From: an archaeon
Lineage (GTDB): Archaea > Nanobdellota > Nanobdellia > Pacearchaeales > GW2011-AR1
Reading direction: 5' to 3'
NCBI GenBank assembly: GCA_043821945.1
Contig: JBDRCH010000005.1
Location: 14,799 to 78,798 of the forward strand
Length of the DNA: 64,000 nt
Shown here: positions 40,351 through 48,952 of the stretch, in pieces
Position numbering within the stretch: the first letter of the stretch is position 1
Layout: every line of letters starts with the position of its first letter
Position numbers and translations under genes: made by a program
Notes under the pieces: model-generated
What the model saw: the letters and a program-made list of their open reading frames with translations, nothing else
The model's database searches: none
What the model was told of the DNA's origin: nothing

Positions 40351-40421
40351 GCGTCATTAGTTTAGTGGTAGAATTCAAGCTTCCCAAGTTTGTGATGCGG
40401 GTTCGATTCCCGCATGGCGCA
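40351..40421 (+). tRNA. tRNA-Gly(CCC)
   Basis: GCGTCAT/ATGGCGC acceptor, CAAGC-TT CCC AA-GTTTG, GGTTCGATTCC. Confidence 0.92.
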
Positions 40422-40458
40422 TAACTTTTATTAACCTTTTTTTCTTGTTGTAATAAAG

Positions 40459-41853
40459 ATGGTGAAAAAATTATCTAAAGAAGAACTTTCTAAAATAAAA
40501 AGCCAAAAGAAAAAAGCAAGACATGAGAATATAAAAGAAGGCATATTCGCAACAGGAAGAACTTCATTTGGAGATTATTTTGTTTCTCCATTTGCGATTG
40601 CAATTAATTCAAGTAGTTCAATGGTTGCAATGCTTAATTCTATTTCAGGACTTCTCGGACCAATAAGTCAATTATTTGGATCAAGACTTATGGAAAAATA
40701 TTCTCGGAAAAAAATTATGGTAAAATCTGTTTTTTTAGAATCACTTATGTGGTTGCCTTTAATCGCAATTTCAATTTTGTATTATAAAGGAATTTTAATA
40801 AATATTCTTCCAATTTTACTTTTGCTTTTCTTCTCATTTTTCACAATTCTTGCAAATATCGGAAGCCCTGCATTTTTTTCATGGGTGGGGGATTTAGTAG
40901 AAGAAAAACGTAGAGGAAGATGGTTTGCAAAAAGAACCCTTCTGACAGGGTTTATTTCAGTTATATTAGCAATATCAGCCTCATTTTTTTTAGATTATTT
41001 TAAAAGAAACAATTCAATAATGCAAGGATTTGTTATTCTATTTGCACTTGCACTTTTCTCAAGATTAATTTGCTGGAAAATTTATAAAAAGCAATATGAA
41101 CCAAAACTAAAACTAAAAAAAGGGGACTATTTTTCATTTTGGGATTTCATAATTCAAGCACCAAAAAACAATTTCGGAAAATTCTCCATATTCAGATTTT
41201 TCTTTTCATTTGCCTGTGCAATCTCTTCCCCTCTTTTAGTAATTTACCTTCTTAGATACCTAAATTTTTCCTATACTTTATATATGATAATAATCTTTTC
41301 AGGGACCATATTTTCTCTATTAATATTAGAACTTTGGGGGAAAATTTCAGATAAACTTGGAAGTTATAAAACACTTTCTATCGCAACTCTAATCATCCCA
41401 ATAGTTCCTTTACTTTGGATAGTATCGCCATCTCCAGTTTATCTCATATTTGTTCCGTCCCTTATTAGTGGAATTTCATGGGCTGGATTTCACCTAACTG
41501 AAAAAAATTTCATTTATGACAATGTAAGCACCCCAAAAAGAGGTCTCGCACTATCTTATTATAATCTACTTTGGGGGATAGGAACATTCTTGGGCGCGGG
41601 TTTAAGCGCAATATTGATAAAATATCTCACAATATCGATAATTGAACCAATAATAGCAATTTTTATTTTAAGTTCTATAGCAAGAATGATTGTAATATTT
41701 TTATGGCTCCACAAAATAAAAGAAATAAGAGTAACAAAAAAATTCAACAATTCAAAAATCTTTAAAGAGATCATAACTAAAGAAGCAAGACCAACAATCA
41801 ATCAAGAAATTCATGAGATCATGTCTATAAAAAAATATCTCGATGTAAAATAA
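40459..41853 (+). CDS. MFS transporter
   Basis: About 12 TMs; WGKISDKLG loop motif. Confidence 0.85.
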   Translation: MVKKLSKEELSKIKSQKKKARHENIKEGIFATGRTSFGDYFVSPFAIAINSSSSMVAMLNSISGLLGPISQLFGSRLMEKYSRKKIMVKSVFLESLMWLPLIAISILYYKGILINILPILLLLFFSFFTILANIGSPAFFSWVGDLVEEKRRGRWFAKRTLLTGFISVILAISASFFLDYFKRNNSIMQGFVILFALALFSRLICWKIYKKQYEPKLKLKKGDYFSFWDFIIQAPKNNFGKFSIFRFFFSFACAISSPLLVIYLLRYLNFSYTLYMIIIFSGTIFSLLILELWGKISDKLGSYKTLSIATLIIPIVPLLWIVSPSPVYLIFVPSLISGISWAGFHLTEKNFIYDNVSTPKRGLALSYYNLLWGIGTFLGAGLSAILIKYLTISIIEPIIAIFILSSIARMIVIFLWLHKIKEIRVTKKFNNSKIFKEIITKEARPTINQEIHEIMSIKKYLDVK

Positions 41854-41890
41854 TCACAAAATATTTAAAGAAGCTCCTTTTGAAATTATA

Positions 41891-42556
41891 ATGTTCAAGA
41901 AGAAAAATTGTAAAAGATGCGGTAGGAAAATAAACCTTAATTATGATTTTTGTCCTTCTTGCGGAAATCCCCTAAATAAAAGTTCAAATGAAAATTGGGG
42001 TATGCTAGGTAAAAATGATTTTATTCCATTGAATAATGAGTTACAACTTCCAATAGGCTTTAACAAGATTTTTAATTCATTAGTAAAATCTCTTGGAAAA
42101 GAATTAAATAGAGAGTTTTCAAATATGAATCAACCTTCTAAAAAGAATTCAAAAGAATTCAAAAAAAGCGGAGTGAGCATTAAGATTTCTACAATTGGAA
42201 ATAACCCCCCAAAAATACAAATAGATTCATTTGGAGATGGAAATAGAAAAAATCCAAAAGAAGAAATTAAAGTAAAAAGAATAAATCTTCCAAAAGGAAA
42301 TATAAAAAACAATTCAAATTTACCAAAACAAGAACCAGCAACAAACATAAAGAGGTTTTCAGACAAAGTTATATATGAAATAGAAATACCTGGAGTTAAA
42401 TCTGTAGAAGATCTCTCAATAACACAACTTGAAAACAGCATTGAAATAAAAGCTCTTGCAAAAGACAAGATATATTTTAAGTTAATCCCAATAAGTCTGC
42501 CAATAACAGATTATAATCTTTCTAAAGGAAAACTAATTCTTGAACTAGGAGAATAA
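41891..42556 (+). CDS. Zn-ribbon + Hsp20-like domain protein
   Basis: CKRCG...CPSCG; C-terminal EIEIPGV...GKLILEL. Confidence 0.7.
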   Translation: MFKKKNCKRCGRKINLNYDFCPSCGNPLNKSSNENWGMLGKNDFIPLNNELQLPIGFNKIFNSLVKSLGKELNREFSNMNQPSKKNSKEFKKSGVSIKISTIGNNPPKIQIDSFGDGNRKNPKEEIKVKRINLPKGNIKNNSNLPKQEPATNIKRFSDKVIYEIEIPGVKSVEDLSITQLENSIEIKALAKDKIYFKLIPISLPITDYNLSKGKLILELGE

Positions 42557-42565
42557 AAGATTATA

Positions 42566-42640
42566 TGAGGCTGCACGGATTTGAACCGTGGACCCCTGCC
42601 TTATCAGAGCAGTGCTCTAGCCAGGCTGAGCTACAGCCTC
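42566..42640 (-). tRNA. tRNA-Ile(GAT)
   Basis: GAGGCTG/CAGCCTC acceptor, CTGCT-CT GAT AA-GGCAG, TTCAAAT. Confidence 0.95.
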
Positions 42641-42724
42641 ATACAAAATTCAAAGAATTAAGTTATTTATAAGTTTTGTTAATTCAAACCCAAACTTTAA
42701 AAACCAAAATTCTATCAATATTTC

Positions 42725-43297
42725 ATGACAAAAGGATTATATCATTATTTAAGAAATGCTTGGAAAAAACCCGACAAAAAAACTCTTAGAGAAAGAATGA
42801 TCGAATGGAGAAGATCACAGGTTTTTACAAAAGTTGATAAACCACTTAGACTAGATCGGGCTCGAGCTTTAGGATACAAAAGTAAAAAAGGTTTTATAAT
42901 AATTAGAATAAGAGTGAAAAGAGGAGGTCATAAAAGACCAAGACCAAATAAAGGAAGAAGAAGCAAACGACTTCACACAAGAAAAAATTTAAAGATGTCT
43001 TACAAATGGATTGCAGAACAAAGAGTTGAAAGAAAATACAAAAATTTAGTTGTATTAAATTCATACCAAATTGGTAAAGACGGTATGAATTATTTTTATG
43101 AAGTAATCTGTGTAGACCCGCAAAGACCAGAAATCAAAAACGACAAAACAATAAACTGGACAACAAAAAAAATTAATCAAAAAAGAGCAATGAGAGGATT
43201 AACTTCAGCTGCAAAGAAATCTAGAGGATTAAGAAACAAACATCCAACTTCAAAAGTTAGACCTTCTGTCCGAGCTGGTAAAAGACGAGGGAAATAA
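42725..43297 (+). CDS. rpl15e: 50S ribosomal protein L15e
   Basis: RLDRARALGYK.KKG, VLNSY, RGLTSA. Confidence 0.96.
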   Translation: MTKGLYHYLRNAWKKPDKKTLRERMIEWRRSQVFTKVDKPLRLDRARALGYKSKKGFIIIRIRVKRGGHKRPRPNKGRRSKRLHTRKNLKMSYKWIAEQRVERKYKNLVVLNSYQIGKDGMNYFYEVICVDPQRPEIKNDKTINWTTKKINQKRAMRGLTSAAKKSRGLRNKHPTSKVRPSVRAGKRRGK

Positions 43298-43536
43298 CCA
43301 CATAAATTATAAACTTTCTAAAGGATTTTTTGTATTGATTAAATTTGGAGAAGCAATATGTGTATAAATTAAAGTTGTTTCATCAAATTACGATTTAAAT
43401 AGAGTATTTCTTTCATCTCGTTCTGCATACTTTGTAACACGATAAAGATTTCTCGCCTTGATTTTCGTTCTTGATGTATTGCATTCGCTCTTTAGATAGA
43501 ACGCCCTTGAAAATAACTCTTCAGATTTCCTCCACT

Positions 43537-43600
43537 TCGACCACGCTGCGCTTTCACTCCACTTGTTCCGTTTGGGAAGTTTAACAGCAATTATACGACA
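43537..43600. repeat. Dispersed GC-rich repeat, copy 1 (with truncated attC-like start)
   Basis: TCGACCACGCTGCGCTTTC identical to 51430-51448, followed by TTTAACAGC. Confidence 0.65.
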
Positions 43601-43647
43601 TTGTTGAAAAATAAAAATTATATAAACTCTTTATCTCTCTTTTCTCT

Positions 43648-44229
43648 ATGCAATTAAAAAAAAGTGAAACACAAAAAAATTTATTAAAAGCATTTGCAGG
43701 TGAAAGCCAAGCAAGAAACAAATATACTTATTTTGCGTCAGTTGCAAAAAAAGAAGGCTATGAACAAATTTCAGCAATATTTACAGAAACAGCAGATAAT
43801 GAAAAAGAACATGCAAAGATTTTCTTTAAACATTTACAAGAATGCGAAGGTGAAGCTTTAGAGATTACAGCAGATTATCCAGCAGGAAAAATCGGCACAA
43901 CAAAAGAAAATCTCTTAGCATCTGCAGAAGGAGAAAAAGCAGAATGGGGTGAAATATATCCTAAATTTGAAAAAACAGCTAGGAAAGAGGGCTTTGAAGA
44001 AGTTGCAAAATCATTTAAAGAAATTGGAGAAGTTGAAGAACAACATGAAAGAAGATATCGGAAATTATTAGAAAATATAGAACAAAATCAAGTTTTCAAA
44101 AAATCAGAAGAAGTAGAATGGAAATGCAGGAATTGTGGTTATATTCATAAAGGCTTAAAAGCTCCACAAATTTGTCCTGCATGCGAGCACCCCCAAGTAT
44201 ATTATGAACTACAATGTAAAAATTATTAA
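43648..44229 (+). CDS. rbr: Rubrerythrin
   Basis: FAGESQA, EKEHA, EEQHE, CRNCGY..CPAC. Confidence 0.95.
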   Translation: MQLKKSETQKNLLKAFAGESQARNKYTYFASVAKKEGYEQISAIFTETADNEKEHAKIFFKHLQECEGEALEITADYPAGKIGTTKENLLASAEGEKAEWGEIYPKFEKTARKEGFEEVAKSFKEIGEVEEQHERRYRKLLENIEQNQVFKKSEEVEWKCRNCGYIHKGLKAPQICPACEHPQVYYELQCKNY

Positions 44230-44237
44230 AATTATTC

Positions 44238-44555
44238 TCAATCATTCCTCTCTCGACAACTAGCCCAATATTCATTCATTTCAATTCCTGCCTTAAAATG
44301 GCTCTCACCATTTACTCTAAGTTTCCAGTAAATTATCTGACCATTAACAGTATCAATTCTTCTAAGAACTCTTTTCCAAGTTCTCTTTGTAGCACCTCTT
44401 TTTTGAGGAGACGCTTTAACATCCTTAAGATCTTTTTCTACTTCTTTTTTCCATGCTAAAACTTCCTTCATCTCTTCTTGAATTTCTTTATATTTTTCTT
44501 TAATTTCTTCCTCTGTTAAAGGGTCTTTCTTAAGTCTAACATATCTCAAGCTCAT
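44238..44555 (-). CDS. Hypothetical coiled-coil protein
   Basis: 105-aa ORF with its own TATA-like box. Confidence 0.55.
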   Translation of the reverse strand: MSLRYVRLKKDPLTEEEIKEKYKEIQEEMKEVLAWKKEVEKDLKDVKASPQKRGATKRTWKRVLRRIDTVNGQIIYWKLRVNGESHFKAGIEMNEYWASCRERND

Positions 44556-44640
44556 TTTAAAGGATAACTTATCTGATTTAAATATCTTTTCAAAAATTAT
44601 CCATCAAAAAATATATTAACTGCTTCAGATTAAATTTCTT

Positions 44641-45027
44641 ATGACACAAATTCAACAAATCTATAAATGTGACATATGTGGAAATATAATTGAAGTTTTG
44701 CATTCTGGAGCAGATGCTTTAGTTTGTTGCAATCAACCAATGATTTTACAAAAAGAAAATTCAATAGACGCTGCAAATGAAAAGCATATCCCTGTAATTG
44801 AAAAAACACCTGAAGAAAAAACAATTGTCAAAATAGGAAAAATTGAACATCCTATGACAAATGAACATTATATTGAATGGATTGGTTTAGAAAATAAGGA
44901 CAAAAACAAAATCTGCAGAAAAAATTTAAAACCAGAAGAAAAACCAGAATCAAAATTTTGTGCTAAAACAGAAAATGTAAAAGCAAGATGTTATTGCAAT
45001 TTACATGGATTATGGAAAAGTAAATAA
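44641..45027 (+). CDS. dfx: Desulfoferrodoxin / superoxide reductase
   Basis: CDICGN...CCNQ, EKHIP, HPM..EHYI, CNLHG. Confidence 0.94.
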   Translation: MTQIQQIYKCDICGNIIEVLHSGADALVCCNQPMILQKENSIDAANEKHIPVIEKTPEEKTIVKIGKIEHPMTNEHYIEWIGLENKDKNKICRKNLKPEEKPESKFCAKTENVKARCYCNLHGLWKSK

Positions 45028-45030
45028 GAA

Positions 45031-45459
45031 ATGAAACTTCTAAAAGAGATAAAATTCATTGTAATACATCATTCTCATAGGAATATAGATTCAATTGAAA
45101 GGATCAAAAACATTCATGTCAATATAAACAAATGGGAAGATATTGGTTATCACTGGATCATTGACAAAGAGGGTAATCTCATAAAAGGAAGAAATGAAAA
45201 ATATATTGGAGCTCATGTTTATGGACACAACGATAATTCATTAAGTGTTTGTCTAATTGGAAATTTGGATGAATTTTATCCAACTCAAAAACAAATTCAA
45301 ACATTGATTAAATTTCTAAAAGAGAATTCATTAAAATACAAAATTCCAAAAGAAAATATTCTTGGACATAATGAATTTACAAATGTTACAAAAACTTGCC
45401 CTGGAAAACTCCTAAACATAGATGAAATTAAAGAGATAATGAATGATACCAAATCTTAA
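45031..45459 (+). CDS. N-acetylmuramoyl-L-alanine amidase (Amidase_2 / T7 lysozyme-like)
   Basis: IVIHHS, DIGYHWII, GAHVYGHN, GHNE, KTCPG. Confidence 0.88.
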   Translation: MKLLKEIKFIVIHHSHRNIDSIERIKNIHVNINKWEDIGYHWIIDKEGNLIKGRNEKYIGAHVYGHNDNSLSVCLIGNLDEFYPTQKQIQTLIKFLKENSLKYKIPKENILGHNEFTNVTKTCPGKLLNIDEIKEIMNDTKS

Positions 45460-45493
45460 AAACTCCCTTCTCATTATAACCTAACAAAAGAGA

Positions 45494-47200
45494 ATGAGAT
45501 ACAAAAAATTAGCACAACTTTATGAAGAACTTTCCTCTACAACAAAACGTCTCGAAAAGATAGAGACTCTCTCAAAATTCTTAAAATATTTGCCAAAAGA
45601 AGATAAAGATATTATGTATTTACTCTTGGGAGATATTTATCCAGAATATGACGAAAGAAGGATTGGTATAAGCAGTCAATTAGCAATAAAAGCAATTTCC
45701 AAATCAACAGGAACTCCTGAAAAAAAAGTGATTCATGAATGGAAAATTTTGGGTGACCTTGGTCTTGTTGCTGAAAAATTTACTTTGCATAAAAAACAAA
45801 CAACTCTTGATTCCCATGTTTTAACAATGAAAAAAATCTTAGAAAATCTAAGAAAACTCCCTGAACTCGAAGGAAAAGGAACAGTTGCGAAAAAACTTTC
45901 ACTAATAACAGAACTTCTAACTTCAGCAGATCCAATTGAAGCAAAATATTTAGTGAGAACATTAATTGGAGATTTAAGAATAGGGGTTAAAGAAAGCACA
46001 ATAAGAGATTCCATAGCAGAAGCATTTTTTGATGACAAAAAACAGGCTACTAAAAAAATACAAAAAGCTATTGATAAATCAAATGATCTGTCGAGAGTTT
46101 TTGAAGTTGCACAAAAAAGCAAATTAAAAGAACTAGACAAGGTGCATCTTCAAGTTGGAAAACCAATAAAAGCAATGCTAGCTCAAAAAGTCCTAACAAT
46201 TGCCGAAGGATTTAAAGCATTAGGAAAACCCTGCGCAGTAGAATATAAATACGATGGATTCCGAATGATTATTCACAAAAAAGGTAACCAGATAATTTTA
46301 TTCACTCGAAGTCTTGAAAATGTAACTAAACAATTTCCTGAAGTTGTTGATTATATTCTAAAATATGTAAAAGGAGATTCATTCATCTTAGATTCAGAAG
46401 CAGTAGGATTTCATAAAAAAACAAAAGAATACACTCCATTTCAAGACATCAGTCAGAGAATAAGAAGAAAATATTCTATAGAAAAAATTCAAAAAGAACT
46501 GCCAATTGAAATAAATGTTTTTGACATTTTATATTACAATGGAAAATCGCAATTAGACGAACCTTTCAAAAAAAGAACAGAATTAATAAAAAAAATTATC
46601 CAAAAACATCCTTATAAGATAATTCATGCAAAACAAATAATTACTTCTGATGAAAAAAAAGCAAAAGAATTTTACGAAAGAGCGCTTAAAGACAATCAAG
46701 AAGGAGTTATGATGAAAAACCTTGAAGCAAAATACCAACCAGGTTCAAGAGTGGGTCATATGCTAAAAATAAAACCAGAAGAAAGAGATCTTGATCTTGT
46801 AATAACCGGTGCAGAATATGGGACAGGAAAAAGAAGTGGTTGGCTTTCAAGTTTTATTTTATCTTGTAGAAATGAAAAAGGAGAATATTTGGAAATAGGA
46901 AAAGTTGGAACAGGAATTAAAGAAAAAGCAGATCAAGGAATTTCATTTGGAGAATTAACTGAAAAAATAATGCCTCTGATTATTTCAGAAAAAGAAAAAT
47001 CAGTAAAAATAAAACCAAAAATAATTGTCTCAGTAACTTACCAAGAAATCCAAAAATCACCAAATTACAATTCTGGGTGGGCATTAAGATTCCCGAGATT
47101 CACAGCTCTCAGGCAAGACAAACCTCTTTCCGAAATTGCAACATTAAAAGAAATTGAAAAAGATTTTCAAAACCAAAAAAGAAACTGGAGATATGGTTGA
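45494..47200 (+). CDS. lig: ATP-dependent DNA ligase
   Basis: EYKYDGFR, EGVMMK, DLVITG, LRFPRF. Confidence 0.96.
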   Translation: MRYKKLAQLYEELSSTTKRLEKIETLSKFLKYLPKEDKDIMYLLLGDIYPEYDERRIGISSQLAIKAISKSTGTPEKKVIHEWKILGDLGLVAEKFTLHKKQTTLDSHVLTMKKILENLRKLPELEGKGTVAKKLSLITELLTSADPIEAKYLVRTLIGDLRIGVKESTIRDSIAEAFFDDKKQATKKIQKAIDKSNDLSRVFEVAQKSKLKELDKVHLQVGKPIKAMLAQKVLTIAEGFKALGKPCAVEYKYDGFRMIIHKKGNQIILFTRSLENVTKQFPEVVDYILKYVKGDSFILDSEAVGFHKKTKEYTPFQDISQRIRRKYSIEKIQKELPIEINVFDILYYNGKSQLDEPFKKRTELIKKIIQKHPYKIIHAKQIITSDEKKAKEFYERALKDNQEGVMMKNLEAKYQPGSRVGHMLKIKPEERDLDLVITGAEYGTGKRSGWLSSFILSCRNEKGEYLEIGKVGTGIKEKADQGISFGELTEKIMPLIISEKEKSVKIKPKIIVSVTYQEIQKSPNYNSGWALRFPRFTALRQDKPLSEIATLKEIEKDFQNQKRNWRYG

Positions 47201-47257
47201 AAAATTAAGAATAAATTATTAAAAAAATTTAAAAGCCCCTTTTATCTATTATATGGC

Positions 47258-48235
47258 ATGGAAAAGGGGTTATACTTATCAACATTAGTTTTTATTTTTT
47301 TGATTAATCTTGTTAGTTCAGATATCGGGGTTTTGGGTTCAGATGGAAAAAATTATTCGATTGTTAATCAAGGTGAAGACTTTGAATATAATTTGATGAT
47401 TAGAAACAACCAGCAGATTGGATCAAATCTTTATGTAACTCAAGTAAATATAATCCTTCCGACTCATCTTAAATTCAAACAAGGAACAGAATACACAAAT
47501 GCACTTTATGAAAATTTTTCAAACACAAGTTCAGTATTAAGCTGGAGTAACCTAACTGGTTTTCTTATTGCTGAAGAAGAAACAAAAAATTTCAAATTTA
47601 CAGCAAACACAAACACTGAAGATAATTTTACAATAGGTATATGGGCAAGAGACCCTTCAGGACAATCTATTTCAGAATTTTATGTAAACATCAATTTAAC
47701 ACAAAGTCCTTTAGGGTGTGTTTCTAATTGGACTTGTACAGACTGGTCTGATTGCACAGGAGGATTTCAAACAAGAACGTGTGAAGATGAAAATGAATGT
47801 GAAAATGAATCAGGAAAGCCTCTTGAAAGAGGATACTGCTCTTCAACAGAATGTGTTCAAAAATGGAATTGTACAAAATGGTCTGAGTGTATAGGGGAAT
47901 CTCAAATAAGAAGTTGTGTTGATACAAATTTATGTGGAAATAATTCACAAAAACCACTAGAATCACAATCATGTACTCCAACAACAAATTGCATTTCCCA
48001 ATGGAGTTGTGGAGAATGGAGTAAGTGTATAGAAAACTCTCAAATAAGAACATGCGCTGATATAAATAAATGTGGAGAGTATGAAACTAAACAAGAGACA
48101 AAAAATTGCAAAAGAGATGCCCTATTAATTTTTATAATAATAGTCATAATCTTAATAACAATAACAATAATTGTAACAATAATAACAATAGAAACTATAA
48201 GAAAAAATTCATATGAAAAAATTGAAACTCAATAA
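47258..48235 (+). CDS. Surface protein with three Cys/Trp (TSP1-like) repeats and C-terminal TM anchor
   Basis: Signal peptide; 3x CxxxWxCxxWSxC....QxRxCxDxNxC. Confidence 0.7.
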   Translation: MEKGLYLSTLVFIFLINLVSSDIGVLGSDGKNYSIVNQGEDFEYNLMIRNNQQIGSNLYVTQVNIILPTHLKFKQGTEYTNALYENFSNTSSVLSWSNLTGFLIAEEETKNFKFTANTNTEDNFTIGIWARDPSGQSISEFYVNINLTQSPLGCVSNWTCTDWSDCTGGFQTRTCEDENECENESGKPLERGYCSSTECVQKWNCTKWSECIGESQIRSCVDTNLCGNNSQKPLESQSCTPTTNCISQWSCGEWSKCIENSQIRTCADINKCGEYETKQETKNCKRDALLIFIIIVIILITITIIVTIITIETIRKNSYEKIETQ

Positions 48236-48267
48236 GTTTATAAACCAATTTCATTATTTAAACTAAA

Positions 48268-48831
48268 ATGCCCACACAAACTAAAAATAATTACAAAATT
48301 CAAAATATTGTTGCTACAACCTCACTTGAAAAGCCAATTCCTTTGACAAAATTAGCAAGAACACAACCAAATACAGAATATAATCCAGAAACATTTCCTG
48401 GACTTGTACTCAGAATAAAAGAACCAAAATCAGCTGTTCTTGTTTTCTCCTCTGGAAATTTAGTCTGTACAGGAACGAAATCAGTAGCTCAAGTAAAACA
48501 AGTTATACAAGAAGTAATAAAACAACTTAAAAAAATAAATGTTGACATCACAATAACCCCAAAAATAACAGTTCAGAATATTGTTGCCTCAGGAACAATT
48601 AATCTAAAACTAAACCTAAATTTTCTTGCATTAGAAATGCAAAACACAGAATACGAACCAGAACAATTTCCAGGATTAGTCTACAAACTAATTGAACCAA
48701 ATGCAACATTTCTTTTATTCAGCAATGGAAAACTCGTTTGCACAGGAACAAAAAATAAACAGCAACTTGACTTCAGCATGACTCAAGTTTTAAAAGATGT
48801 AAAAGTTGCGTTGAAAAATTATAAGGGATGA
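48268..48831 (+). CDS. tbp: TATA-box binding protein
   Basis: Two repeats QNIVA...EY.PE.FPGLV...FS.G.LVCTG. Confidence 0.97.
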   Translation: MPTQTKNNYKIQNIVATTSLEKPIPLTKLARTQPNTEYNPETFPGLVLRIKEPKSAVLVFSSGNLVCTGTKSVAQVKQVIQEVIKQLKKINVDITITPKITVQNIVASGTINLKLNLNFLALEMQNTEYEPEQFPGLVYKLIEPNATFLLFSNGKLVCTGTKNKQQLDFSMTQVLKDVKVALKNYKG

Positions 48832-48952
48832 TTACTTATTCATAAGAGATTAAAATAGACTACAACTTTCACCCCTCAAAAATAATCCTTAAATTCTAAA
48901 CTACTTGACAATTCACATAAATCTATAAAAAGTAAAGTGTCATATTTCTAAT

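Noticed and set aside
48130..48195. ATAACA microsatellite as a contingency locus
   Set aside because: Imperfect, and explained by Ile/Thr codons of a TM helix
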